Shown piece by piece: positions 33,073-41,222 of a DNA stretch of 44,098 nucleotides (its first letter is position 1; each line of letters starts with the position of its first letter). The position numbers and the translations under genes were made by a program. Source of the DNA: Verrucomicrobiota bacterium (GTDB lineage: Bacteria; Verrucomicrobiota; Verrucomicrobiia; Opitutales; Coraliomargaritaceae). Location of the stretch: positions 1 to 44,098 of the forward strand of contig JAQCDT010000001.1 of the NCBI GenBank assembly GCA_027620575.1, written 5' to 3'. Below the pieces are notes generated by a model. The model had not been told where the DNA came from. It searched no databases and saw nothing but the letters and a program-made list of their open reading frames with translations.

Positions 33073-35652
33073 ATGCCAAACGAAAAGACAAAAAAAATGA
33101 CCCCTATGATGCAACAATGGCATTCGATTCGAAGCCAGTTGCCCGAAGACACGCTCCTGTTTTTTCGTTTAGGCGATTTCTATGAAATCTTCCACCAAGA
33201 TGCGGAAAAGGGGGCTAAGCTTCTTGGAATCACCTTAACCCAACGCAACGACATTCCTATGGCAGGCATCCCCTACCATGCCGCCGATAACTATTTACAA
33301 AAATTGCTCAACCAAGGAATCAAAATCGCCTTTTGCGAACAAATGGAGCCAGCCATCGCTGGCAAAATCGTTGAGCGAAAACTCACCCGCATTATCACCC
33401 CAGGTACTCGCCTAGCCGAAAACCAAATCGAAGCCAATCGTAACCAATTTCTACTCGCAATTGAATTCACTAAGACCCAAACCCACCTCGCTTGGCTCGA
33501 CCTCACCACGGGCACTTTTGCCATTGCAACCGATAGCCACCACGAAAACCTCACCCCACTCATTGAAAGCCTAGGCCCCAAAGAAATTCTCATCCCAGAA
33601 AAATCCTCCACCACATGGACCCAGCCTGAAAACCCTTGGTCAGACTCCTTTCAATACCTCAAACAAAATTACACCCTCACCACCATTCCTGATTACCATT
33701 TTGATCCCATTGCTGGAGCAAGAACTACTTGTGATACGCTCGATGTCCTAAACCTCAACGGCTTTGGTATCACCGAACAACACCCCGCACTCGGTGCCGC
33801 TGGTGCCATCCTACAATACGCTAGTGAAACTCTTTGCAACACCCCCGCAAACATCAAAAAGATTGAAGAGTATAAAGCATCTGAAAATCTACTCATCGAC
33901 CCAGCCACACAACAAAATCTCGAAATTTTCAAATCCGCCACTAACACCTCTGGCAACAGCAAGCACGGCTCGCTTCTTCATGCAATGGACGGAACCGTCA
34001 CACCCCCAGGGTCTCGCCTCCTCGAACGCTGGATGGCCCAACCTTTACTCGATCTAGACACTCTCAACAATCGACAAAACTGCGTTCATGAATTCGTTCA
34101 AGCCCCAGGACTCGCCACCGATTTACAAAATACCCTCAAACAAATTCGTGACCTCGAACGCATCCTTGGCCGACTGCAAAATCGTATTCAAAATCCACGT
34201 GAACTCGGTGGTATTCGTGATTCGCTAGAAAAACTACCTCAAATTAAAGCTCACCTTGCCGAATTTCCCGACTCACCAGTAGAGCCCATCGCTGAGCAAA
34301 TCGACACTTTTGATTCCCTCTCCACCTTGCTTGCACAGGGTCTCGCTGACGAACTTCCTTCCAAACTGGACGAAGGTGGTACCATCCGAAATGGATTCGA
34401 TTCCCAGCTCGACGAACTTCGTACCCTCAGCTCTTCCAGTAAGACTTGGCTCGCCGAATTTGAGCAAAAAGAACAAGCTCGCACCGGCATCAAAAACTTA
34501 CGCATTCGCTACAATGGTGCCTATGGCTACTTTATTGAAATCACCAAAAGCCATTTAAAGCGTGTTCCCGAAGACTATACCCGCAGACAAACTATGAAAA
34601 ATGCGGAACGCTTCGTCACTCCAGAACTCAAAGAGCAAGAGCAAGCTATACTCCAAGCTGAAGAACAGTCTATCGCTCGAGAACACGCCCTCTTTCAAGA
34701 ACTCATTCAATCAATTTTAACCCATTCGGATGCACTCAAATCAACCGCCGAAGCGATTGCCCAACTCGATGTTTTGATCGGCTTCGCCAACAAAGCCCGT
34801 GAATGGGATTACTGCAAACCCACCCTCGACCACTCCAACCACCTGCACATTGAACAAGGACGTCACCCCGTAGTTGAACAAATGCTCAAGGAATCACCCC
34901 TCGGTCTCGCAGGCACGCACGCCTTCGTTCCCAACGATTGCCATCTCTCCACAACGGGCGATCCCCACCCACAAATCGCTTTACTCACTGGTCCGAACAT
35001 GGCCGGTAAATCCACCTACATTCGACAAGTTGCCTTAATTGTTCTGATGGCACAAACAGGTGCCTGGGTCCCGGCCACACAATGCCATATCGGTATCGTC
35101 GATCGTATCTTTTCCCGAGTCGGCGCCTCCGACCAACTCGCACAAGGCAACTCCACTTTCATGGTCGAGATGAACGAAACCGCCAACATTCTCAATAACC
35201 ACACAGAAAACAGTTTAATTATTCTCGATGAAATCGGACGAGGAACCAGTACGTATGACGGACTGAGTATCGCTTGGGCCGTCATCGAACACCTCCATAC
35301 CGACAACCAAGCTGGCCCTCGCACCCTCTTCGCCACTCACTACCACGAACTCACTAAACTTTCACAAAATCTACAAAAACTGGAAAACTTTTCCATCGCG
35401 GTTAAAGAATGGAATGACGAAATTATCTTTGTTCGCCAAATCATCAAAGGCCCGGCTGATCGTTCCTACGGAATCCAAGTGGCACGCCTTGCAGGACTCC
35501 CTCCATCAGTTATTGATCGTGCCAAAACCATTCTCGACCAATTAGAAAATAATAGCCAACAAAGTGTCCCAACAGCACGCACCCCCAAAGATACCGACAA
35601 AAAAAATACGGATTCCAGTTCCCAATCCCCACAATTTGACCTCTTTTCTTAA
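33073..35652 (+). CDS. mutS: DNA mismatch repair protein MutS (MutS1 type)
   Basis: 859 aa. It has the N-terminal mismatch-binding region (TPMMQQW...RLGDFYEIF), Walker A GPNMAGKST and DEIGRGTSTYDG, plus the ATHYHEL motif. Confidence 0.97.
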   Translation: MPNEKTKKMTPMMQQWHSIRSQLPEDTLLFFRLGDFYEIFHQDAEKGAKLLGITLTQRNDIPMAGIPYHAADNYLQKLLNQGIKIAFCEQMEPAIAGKIVERKLTRIITPGTRLAENQIEANRNQFLLAIEFTKTQTHLAWLDLTTGTFAIATDSHHENLTPLIESLGPKEILIPEKSSTTWTQPENPWSDSFQYLKQNYTLTTIPDYHFDPIAGARTTCDTLDVLNLNGFGITEQHPALGAAGAILQYASETLCNTPANIKKIEEYKASENLLIDPATQQNLEIFKSATNTSGNSKHGSLLHAMDGTVTPPGSRLLERWMAQPLLDLDTLNNRQNCVHEFVQAPGLATDLQNTLKQIRDLERILGRLQNRIQNPRELGGIRDSLEKLPQIKAHLAEFPDSPVEPIAEQIDTFDSLSTLLAQGLADELPSKLDEGGTIRNGFDSQLDELRTLSSSSKTWLAEFEQKEQARTGIKNLRIRYNGAYGYFIEITKSHLKRVPEDYTRRQTMKNAERFVTPELKEQEQAILQAEEQSIAREHALFQELIQSILTHSDALKSTAEAIAQLDVLIGFANKAREWDYCKPTLDHSNHLHIEQGRHPVVEQMLKESPLGLAGTHAFVPNDCHLSTTGDPHPQIALLTGPNMAGKSTYIRQVALIVLMAQTGAWVPATQCHIGIVDRIFSRVGASDQLAQGNSTFMVEMNETANILNNHTENSLIILDEIGRGTSTYDGLSIAWAVIEHLHTDNQAGPRTLFATHYHELTKLSQNLQKLENFSIAVKEWNDEIIFVRQIIKGPADRSYGIQVARLAGLPPSVIDRAKTILDQLENNSQQSVPTARTPKDTDKKNTDSSSQSPQFDLFS

Positions 35653-35679
35653 AAATAGTGTACTTTTGTTCACTATTTT
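35652..35679 (+). promoter_or_regulatory. 28-nt imperfect palindrome: candidate mutS terminator and/or SOS-type operator ahead of the Y-family polymerase
   Basis: The sequence is AAAATAGTGTAC-TTTT-GTTCACTATTTT, with 11 of 14 dyad positions complementary. It starts at the last base of the mutS stop codon and ends 45 nt before the ATG at 35725. Its core GTAC-N4-GTTC is one base from GAAC-N4-GTTC. Confidence 0.4.
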
Positions 35680-35724
35680 CTTGATCTTCCTCACTGCTTT
35701 TCTTTATTACTGTAGATTCATTCT

Positions 35725-36963
35725 ATGGCTCTACGGTATTTATTTATTGATTTCGACAGCTTTTATGCCTCAGTCGAGCAAGAAAGCGACCCTCGTCTGA
35801 GGGGGCAACCTATTGCCATCGTTCCGAGTATCAATGTTGAAACAACCAGTTGCATTGCAGCAAGTTATGAAGCTAAGCACTTCGGAGTCAAAACCGGCGT
35901 CCCTGTGCGGCAAGCACGGATTTTATGCCCTAAAATTAAATTCGTTCAAGCAAACCACGAAAAATATGTCGCTATTCATAATTCAATCACCAAAATAATA
36001 CACGAAATCATCTTCGTTGATGAAGTTTTGTCGATTGACGAGATGTATGGAAGACTACCGCCTAAGTGGCAAACGCCTAAAATCGCCACGGAAAAGGCTG
36101 AAGCGATTAAAACCGCTCTAAAAAAAGCGATTGGCCCCTGCATCACGGCCTCTATCGGGATTGCTCCCAATCGATTCATTGCCAAACTCGCCAGTAAAAT
36201 GAAAAAACCCAATGGGCTGATGCTCATTGATCATCCTCAACTGCCCCAAGCCTTAGACACGCTAGACTTAAGCGACATTACAGGCATTGGCGCACGCATG
36301 CTCATACGCCTTAAAAACCACGGCATCTTAGATGTGCCCAGTCTCTGCCGAGCCGACCGCACTCAACTACATCGCATCTGGGGATCGATTGAAGGCGATC
36401 GCTTTTGGTATGCCCTTCGTGGCATTGCCCTTCCCGAGCAAAGTACCCGTAAGCGCAGCTTTGGCCATTCACATGTACTGCCTCCGAAACTCAGAACCTT
36501 CCCTGGAGCCTTTTCTACCCTACATCGAATGCTAGAAAAAGCCTGTCACCGCTTACGTATGAATCATTATTTCACCGGGCATTTAGTTTTGCAGGTCAAA
36601 TTTGGCTTTGAATGGCGTTGGGGGCAAGAGGTCCGTTGCTCCCCCACTCAAGACACCTTAACGCTGGCCAAACTTATGAACATGCTCTGGGAGACCCGCC
36701 CCGCAATGGCTCCCAATCCCACTAAAGTATCGGTCACGCTGATGGGACTCGTCCATGCCAACAACTACACCCCTTCATTATTTGAGACCAGCGAAGAACG
36801 GCAAAGAGCCAAGCTGCTCCAAACCATCGACCAGATCAAACAACGTTACGGAAGTCGTTCCATTTACTACGGCACCGCAATGATCGCCCAAAAAACCGCC
36901 GAAGCAGCACCCATGCGAATTGCTTTTAATCATATTCCTGATTTATCTATAGAACGTGATTGA
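35725..36963 (+). CDS. Y-family (DinB/UmuC-like) translesion DNA polymerase
   Basis: 412 aa. It has catalytic motif I LFIDFDSFYASVEQ, motif III SIDEMYG, the helix-hairpin-helix region SIGIAPNRFIAKLAS and DITGIG. The acidic catalytic residues are retained, which is unlike ImuB. Confidence 0.88.
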   Translation: MALRYLFIDFDSFYASVEQESDPRLRGQPIAIVPSINVETTSCIAASYEAKHFGVKTGVPVRQARILCPKIKFVQANHEKYVAIHNSITKIIHEIIFVDEVLSIDEMYGRLPPKWQTPKIATEKAEAIKTALKKAIGPCITASIGIAPNRFIAKLASKMKKPNGLMLIDHPQLPQALDTLDLSDITGIGARMLIRLKNHGILDVPSLCRADRTQLHRIWGSIEGDRFWYALRGIALPEQSTRKRSFGHSHVLPPKLRTFPGAFSTLHRMLEKACHRLRMNHYFTGHLVLQVKFGFEWRWGQEVRCSPTQDTLTLAKLMNMLWETRPAMAPNPTKVSVTLMGLVHANNYTPSLFETSEERQRAKLLQTIDQIKQRYGSRSIYYGTAMIAQKTAEAAPMRIAFNHIPDLSIERD

Positions 36964-37675
36964 TTTTAAAGACGCCGAATCCGACCTAAACACACCCACG
37001 ACCAAACAAGGCCCTCTTCATTGGATTGGAATTGATGGCTGTCGTGGAGGCTGGATCATTGCTTGGCTCAAAGCCGATCAGCCCGCCGAAGTACATTCTG
37101 TGGAAACCCTGCAACCTTTTCTCAAAAAAGCCCCTAAAGAGGCGATTATCCTTATTGATATGATTCTTTATAAGGCTAAGGAATCATACCCTCGTCCCTT
37201 CGATCGGCTAGCTAAGTCACAACTGGGCAAGTGGCACTCACGGGTCTTTCCTGCACCCCCTCAAGAGGCACTGATGGCCAAAGACTACCCAGATGCCTGT
37301 AAACGTTCCCTTACACACATCGGAAAAAAGATATCCAAACAATGCTATAATTTATTTCCTAAGATCCGCGAAGCCAATCACCCATCCATCCCCAAAGAAC
37401 AACTCATCGAATACCATCCAGAAATTGCCTTTAAACAACTCAATCAAAACAAGATTGTCGAAGCTTCAAAAAAAACGGAGCTCGGTCGCAACCAACGCCA
37501 AGCGTTAATTGAAGCCCATCTGCCGAATGTCTCCATCGCATCGCTGAGCCCACCTAGAAAAAAGCACCCTTGGCAAACTGATGACCTCTTCGATGCCCTA
37601 GCCCTAGCGCTTGTTGCACACAATGGATGCTACCAAGACTTTTATCAATCAATCGCCAAAAACGAGGCCCTATAG
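36956..37675 (+). CDS. DUF429-family protein (predicted RNase H/RuvC-like fold)
   Basis: 239 aa. The GTG start lies inside the last codons of the polymerase gene (GTGATTGA, 8-nt overlap). It has N-terminal IGIDGCRGGWIIAW and C-terminal TDDLFDALALALVAH. The family call is from remembered DUF429 hallmarks. Confidence 0.7.
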   Translation: MIDFKDAESDLNTPTTKQGPLHWIGIDGCRGGWIIAWLKADQPAEVHSVETLQPFLKKAPKEAIILIDMILYKAKESYPRPFDRLAKSQLGKWHSRVFPAPPQEALMAKDYPDACKRSLTHIGKKISKQCYNLFPKIREANHPSIPKEQLIEYHPEIAFKQLNQNKIVEASKKTELGRNQRQALIEAHLPNVSIASLSPPRKKHPWQTDDLFDALALALVAHNGCYQDFYQSIAKNEAL

Positions 37676-40165
37676 CATATCTAAATCCACGAGAATTTCC
37701 CGAGGACTCGAACCATTTTCTGGTCCGACAATCCCTCGATCTTCCAAATCTTCCATCAGACGAGCGGCACGGTTGTAGCCGATGCGCAATCGCCGTTGCA
37801 ACATCGAGGTGGACGCACGCTTGGACGACTTCAAGACCTCCAATGCCTTGTTCAACATCTCATCCTCTTCACCTTCAAGAAGTCCTCCGCCCTCTTCCTC
37901 GCTCGAATCAATCTGCCTCTGCACCGCTTCAGCAAAGACCGGCGGATCATTTTTTGCCTTAAGAAAATCGACAATACCATTGATTTCATCGTCCGAGACA
38001 AACGCCCCTTGTGCCCGAACCAAATTCGAAGTACCTGGCGGGATAAAAAGCATATCCCCTTTGCCGATCAAGGCCTCTGCACCACTTCCATCTAAAATCG
38101 TCCGACTGTCGATCTTTGATGCCACCTTAAAGGCAATACGACTGGGTAAATTTGCCTTGATCACACCCGTAATCACATTCACAGACGGCCTTTGGGTCGC
38201 TAAAATCAAATGAATCCCCGCCGCTCTGGCAAGTTGTGCAATCCGAGCGATGCCCGTCTCAATATCCGCAGGTGCCACCATCATCAAATCCGCCAACTCA
38301 TCAATGATACATACAATGTAGGGCAATTTTTTCTTGGGCACCTCAAAGGCATCATCGTCTCTTGGGACCTCGATCTGAGTGGCTGCGGCTCGCTCTTCCG
38401 CCGTCATTTCTGCTTCCATTTCCTTAGCACGTTCCTGCTCCGCCTTGTCCTTGGAAATTTTTGCATTAAAACCTGCGATATTGCGCACCTTTGTTTTCGC
38501 AAAAATTTGATAACGGCGATCCATCTCAGCAATCAACCACTTCAAGGCACCCGGCACTTTCTTCGGTTCAGTCACCACAGGAATCAACATATGGGGTAAG
38601 GCATTGTACAACTGCATTTCCACCACCTTGGGATCCACCATGATAAAGCGCAAATCCTCTGGCCCAGAATGGTAAAGCAAAGACGCAATAATCGCGTTGA
38701 TGCAAACGGTCTTACCTGACCCAGTAGAACCCGCAATCAAGACGTGAGGCATCTTCGTCAAATCCGTCACCATCGGCTTACCCGTCACATCCTTACCCAA
38801 TACAATGGGGATTTCCGCATTCGCTTCAGCCCAGGATTTTGATTCGATAATGTCGCGCATACAGACCGCTTGAGCAATGCGATTTGGCACCTCAATGCCC
38901 ACCGTACCCTTGCCAGGAACGGGTGCCAAGATTCTCACGGACAAGGCTCTTAAGCCCAAAGCAATATTTTTATCTAAGTTAACAATCTTTTCCACTCGCA
39001 CACCTGCCGCAGGGGTCACCTCATAACGAGTGATCACAGGCCCGGTAAAAATCTCTCCTGGCACGACTTTCACTCCAAATTCATCTAAGGTTTGTACCAA
39101 AGCTTCCATCATCCCTACATGATCTTCGCTTGCCTGATCCCAAGACACCGGCGCATTTTGCAACAAATCAATGGTTGGAAAGACATAATCACCACGCCGC
39201 TCAGGGATCGAGGCCACCGATTTTTCCGTCTTTTCCCCTTTAACAATCTTAAACATCGCCGGGTCTAAAGGTGGCTTCTTCACTTCGACTTCTTCCACTG
39301 CCACTTTCTCTGCCACAGGCGTAACCACTTTGGGTCGCTCTACCGAAGTCACCCCTTTAACAGCTTGATCCAATAAATCATCTGCCTTGCTAGCTTCGTC
39401 GCCGACATCACGGACTTTTGAATGGGATTTGTTTTTGCCTAAGTTTATGTTGCTCAATAAGTTAACCAGCCAATCGACACAGCTTTTTATTCCTCCAATA
39501 ATCGTTGCACAGACGGAATAAACCCCACGAAAAACCCACCTTACCCAAGTGTATAAGGGGCCGAAAAAAACATAGGACATTCCAGACAAAAACAAGCGAC
39601 TTAACGAGCCAAGATTGTCGCCAAGTCCAATATACAGGCTACTCGTCAAAGCCATTGAGAAAATCAAGATACTGCCTAGGGGACCTAAGACCGGCTCCAA
39701 AAATTGAAGCACCATCACATTGCCTAGGCGTCCGCCCAAGCCCGAAGTCAACTGATGGCTCAAACCCTCAGAAGCAAACCCTAAAAGTTCCAAAGATTCA
39801 AAAATTGCCAACAAGCCCGATAAAGCCACTAGACTGACAATAGCTAAAGCCAACTGTCGTAAGCGCAGCCCTCGCTTTTGCTCAAAAAAGAACCGATAGC
39901 CAAGAAAGCCAATTAAAAAGGGAAAAAGCCATAGGGCGGCCCCTATATTATGAAAGCCATAATGCCCAACATACGCACCAAATTCACCGACCCAATTGGA
40001 ATCCTCAGGATTTGTCCCATGGAACTGCTCTTGATGGTAATCCATGATCGAGAGCAAGACCAAGGCCGATAATGTTATCAAGGCAACGGCGATAAATTTT
40101 TTCGGGGGAACCGTCCTCTCTTGGGTCGTGATCTTTTTACGCTTGGGCTTAGGTTTTGTCTTCAA
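37670..40165 (-). CDS. ftsK: DNA translocase FtsK
   Basis: 831 aa. It has N-terminal TM helices, a linker, a motor domain with Walker A GSTGSGKTV and Walker B CIIDELADLM, and a gamma winged-helix domain (STSMLQRRLRIGYNRAARLMEDLE). The ORF track start is a TTG, so the exact start is uncertain. Confidence 0.93.
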   Translation of the reverse strand: MKTKPKPKRKKITTQERTVPPKKFIAVALITLSALVLLSIMDYHQEQFHGTNPEDSNWVGEFGAYVGHYGFHNIGAALWLFPFLIGFLGYRFFFEQKRGLRLRQLALAIVSLVALSGLLAIFESLELLGFASEGLSHQLTSGLGGRLGNVMVLQFLEPVLGPLGSILIFSMALTSSLYIGLGDNLGSLSRLFLSGMSYVFFGPLYTWVRWVFRGVYSVCATIIGGIKSCVDWLVNLLSNINLGKNKSHSKVRDVGDEASKADDLLDQAVKGVTSVERPKVVTPVAEKVAVEEVEVKKPPLDPAMFKIVKGEKTEKSVASIPERRGDYVFPTIDLLQNAPVSWDQASEDHVGMMEALVQTLDEFGVKVVPGEIFTGPVITRYEVTPAAGVRVEKIVNLDKNIALGLRALSVRILAPVPGKGTVGIEVPNRIAQAVCMRDIIESKSWAEANAEIPIVLGKDVTGKPMVTDLTKMPHVLIAGSTGSGKTVCINAIIASLLYHSGPEDLRFIMVDPKVVEMQLYNALPHMLIPVVTEPKKVPGALKWLIAEMDRRYQIFAKTKVRNIAGFNAKISKDKAEQERAKEMEAEMTAEERAAATQIEVPRDDDAFEVPKKKLPYIVCIIDELADLMMVAPADIETGIARIAQLARAAGIHLILATQRPSVNVITGVIKANLPSRIAFKVASKIDSRTILDGSGAEALIGKGDMLFIPPGTSNLVRAQGAFVSDDEINGIVDFLKAKNDPPVFAEAVQRQIDSSEEEGGGLLEGEEDEMLNKALEVLKSSKRASTSMLQRRLRIGYNRAARLMEDLEDRGIVGPENGSSPREILVDLDML

Positions 40166-40274
40166 TAGAAACGAATAAAAAGTGATTTACTCGACAAGAC
40201 AATCTAAATTATTGCTTGCAAATCCCCTCTTTAAAAAACAAAAAAAGCAACGATTGTAATTCAAACTTAGCCCA

Positions 40275-41222
40275 ATGAACCCACTTATCTTCAATCCAAT
40301 TTACAAAGAACGAGTCTGGGGAGGACAAAAGCTAGCCACTCGTTTAGGTCGCACTATTCCCAACCACCGGCCGATTGGTGAAAGCTGGGAGATTGTCGAT
40401 CGAGAGGACGACCAATCCGTTGTTGTTCATGGCACCCATCAAGGCAAAACCCTCAAACAATTGCTCGAATCCTACGGCGCCGAAATCATGGGTCCGAGTT
40501 ACCAGACAGGCGCCCCCTTCCCCATTTTAGTCAAGTGGCTCGATTGCAAAGATACTCTCAGTGTGCAAGTCCACCCACCCAAGTCCGTTGCCGCTTCGCT
40601 TAAAGGTGAACCCAAAACGGAAAATTGGTACATCCTCGAAAATGAACCTCAGGCACAACTCTACCTCGGCCTCGTCCCAAACACCTCGAAAGACGATTTT
40701 TCCACCGCTCTTGAAAATAATCAAATCGAACCCCTCCTCGCTCACACCGAAACTCAAGCCGGTGACTCCTATTTTATCGAAAGCGGGACGCTCCATGCCA
40801 TTGGCGGAGGCAACTTAATCCTCGAAATACAACAAAACTCAGACACCACCTACCGTGTCCATGATTGGAATCGCCTGGGCCTCGACGGCCAACCGAGACA
40901 ACTCCACCCAGAAGAGACTGTCAAATCATTGATAGTCAACGACTTACCTATTTTGCCTGCCCGCATTGAAGCATCTCAAACCATCCTAGCAGATTGTCCC
41001 CACTTTCGTATTACTGGACTTCATCTGGACGGACACCGTGAGCCTCTAGTGCTTCCGGCCCAAGAAAGCCCTCGTCTGATTCATGTCACTCAGGGACAGG
41101 TCACCGACACACTTTCTCAGCAAAGAATACAATTGGGCGACACCGCCTTACAGCCCTACTGCTCAGAAATGCAATTGGTGGCTGATCAACCATCCACCTT
41201 ATTGATCACCGATCGCTTTTAA
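40275..41222 (+). CDS. manA: Class I mannose-6-phosphate isomerase (Bacillus-type short ManA)
   Basis: 315 aa in the cupin family, with KERVWGG, SVQVHPP, KTENWYI and HAIGGG motifs. Confidence 0.85.
   Translation: MNPLIFNPIYKERVWGGQKLATRLGRTIPNHRPIGESWEIVDREDDQSVVVHGTHQGKTLKQLLESYGAEIMGPSYQTGAPFPILVKWLDCKDTLSVQVHPPKSVAASLKGEPKTENWYILENEPQAQLYLGLVPNTSKDDFSTALENNQIEPLLAHTETQAGDSYFIESGTLHAIGGGNLILEIQQNSDTTYRVHDWNRLGLDGQPRQLHPEETVKSLIVNDLPILPARIEASQTILADCPHFRITGLHLDGHREPLVLPAQESPRLIHVTQGQVTDTLSQQRIQLGDTALQPYCSEMQLVADQPSTLLITDRF

Noticed and set aside
35564-35800. A 78-aa hydrophobic ORF (GTG start) bridging the mutS 3' end, the spacer and the polymerase 5' end.
   Set aside because: It overlaps both conserved genes out of frame. 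Its hydrophobicity is explained by the T-rich spacer and palindrome. There is no independent evidence for it.
37782-38599. Two consecutive antisense ORFs (143 aa and 129 aa) opposite the ftsK motor domain, plus the 111-aa ORF at 37627..37962.
   Set aside because: They are shadow ORFs opposite a strongly conserved coding region. Their composition is Arg/Ser/Pro-rich and they have no recognisable motifs.
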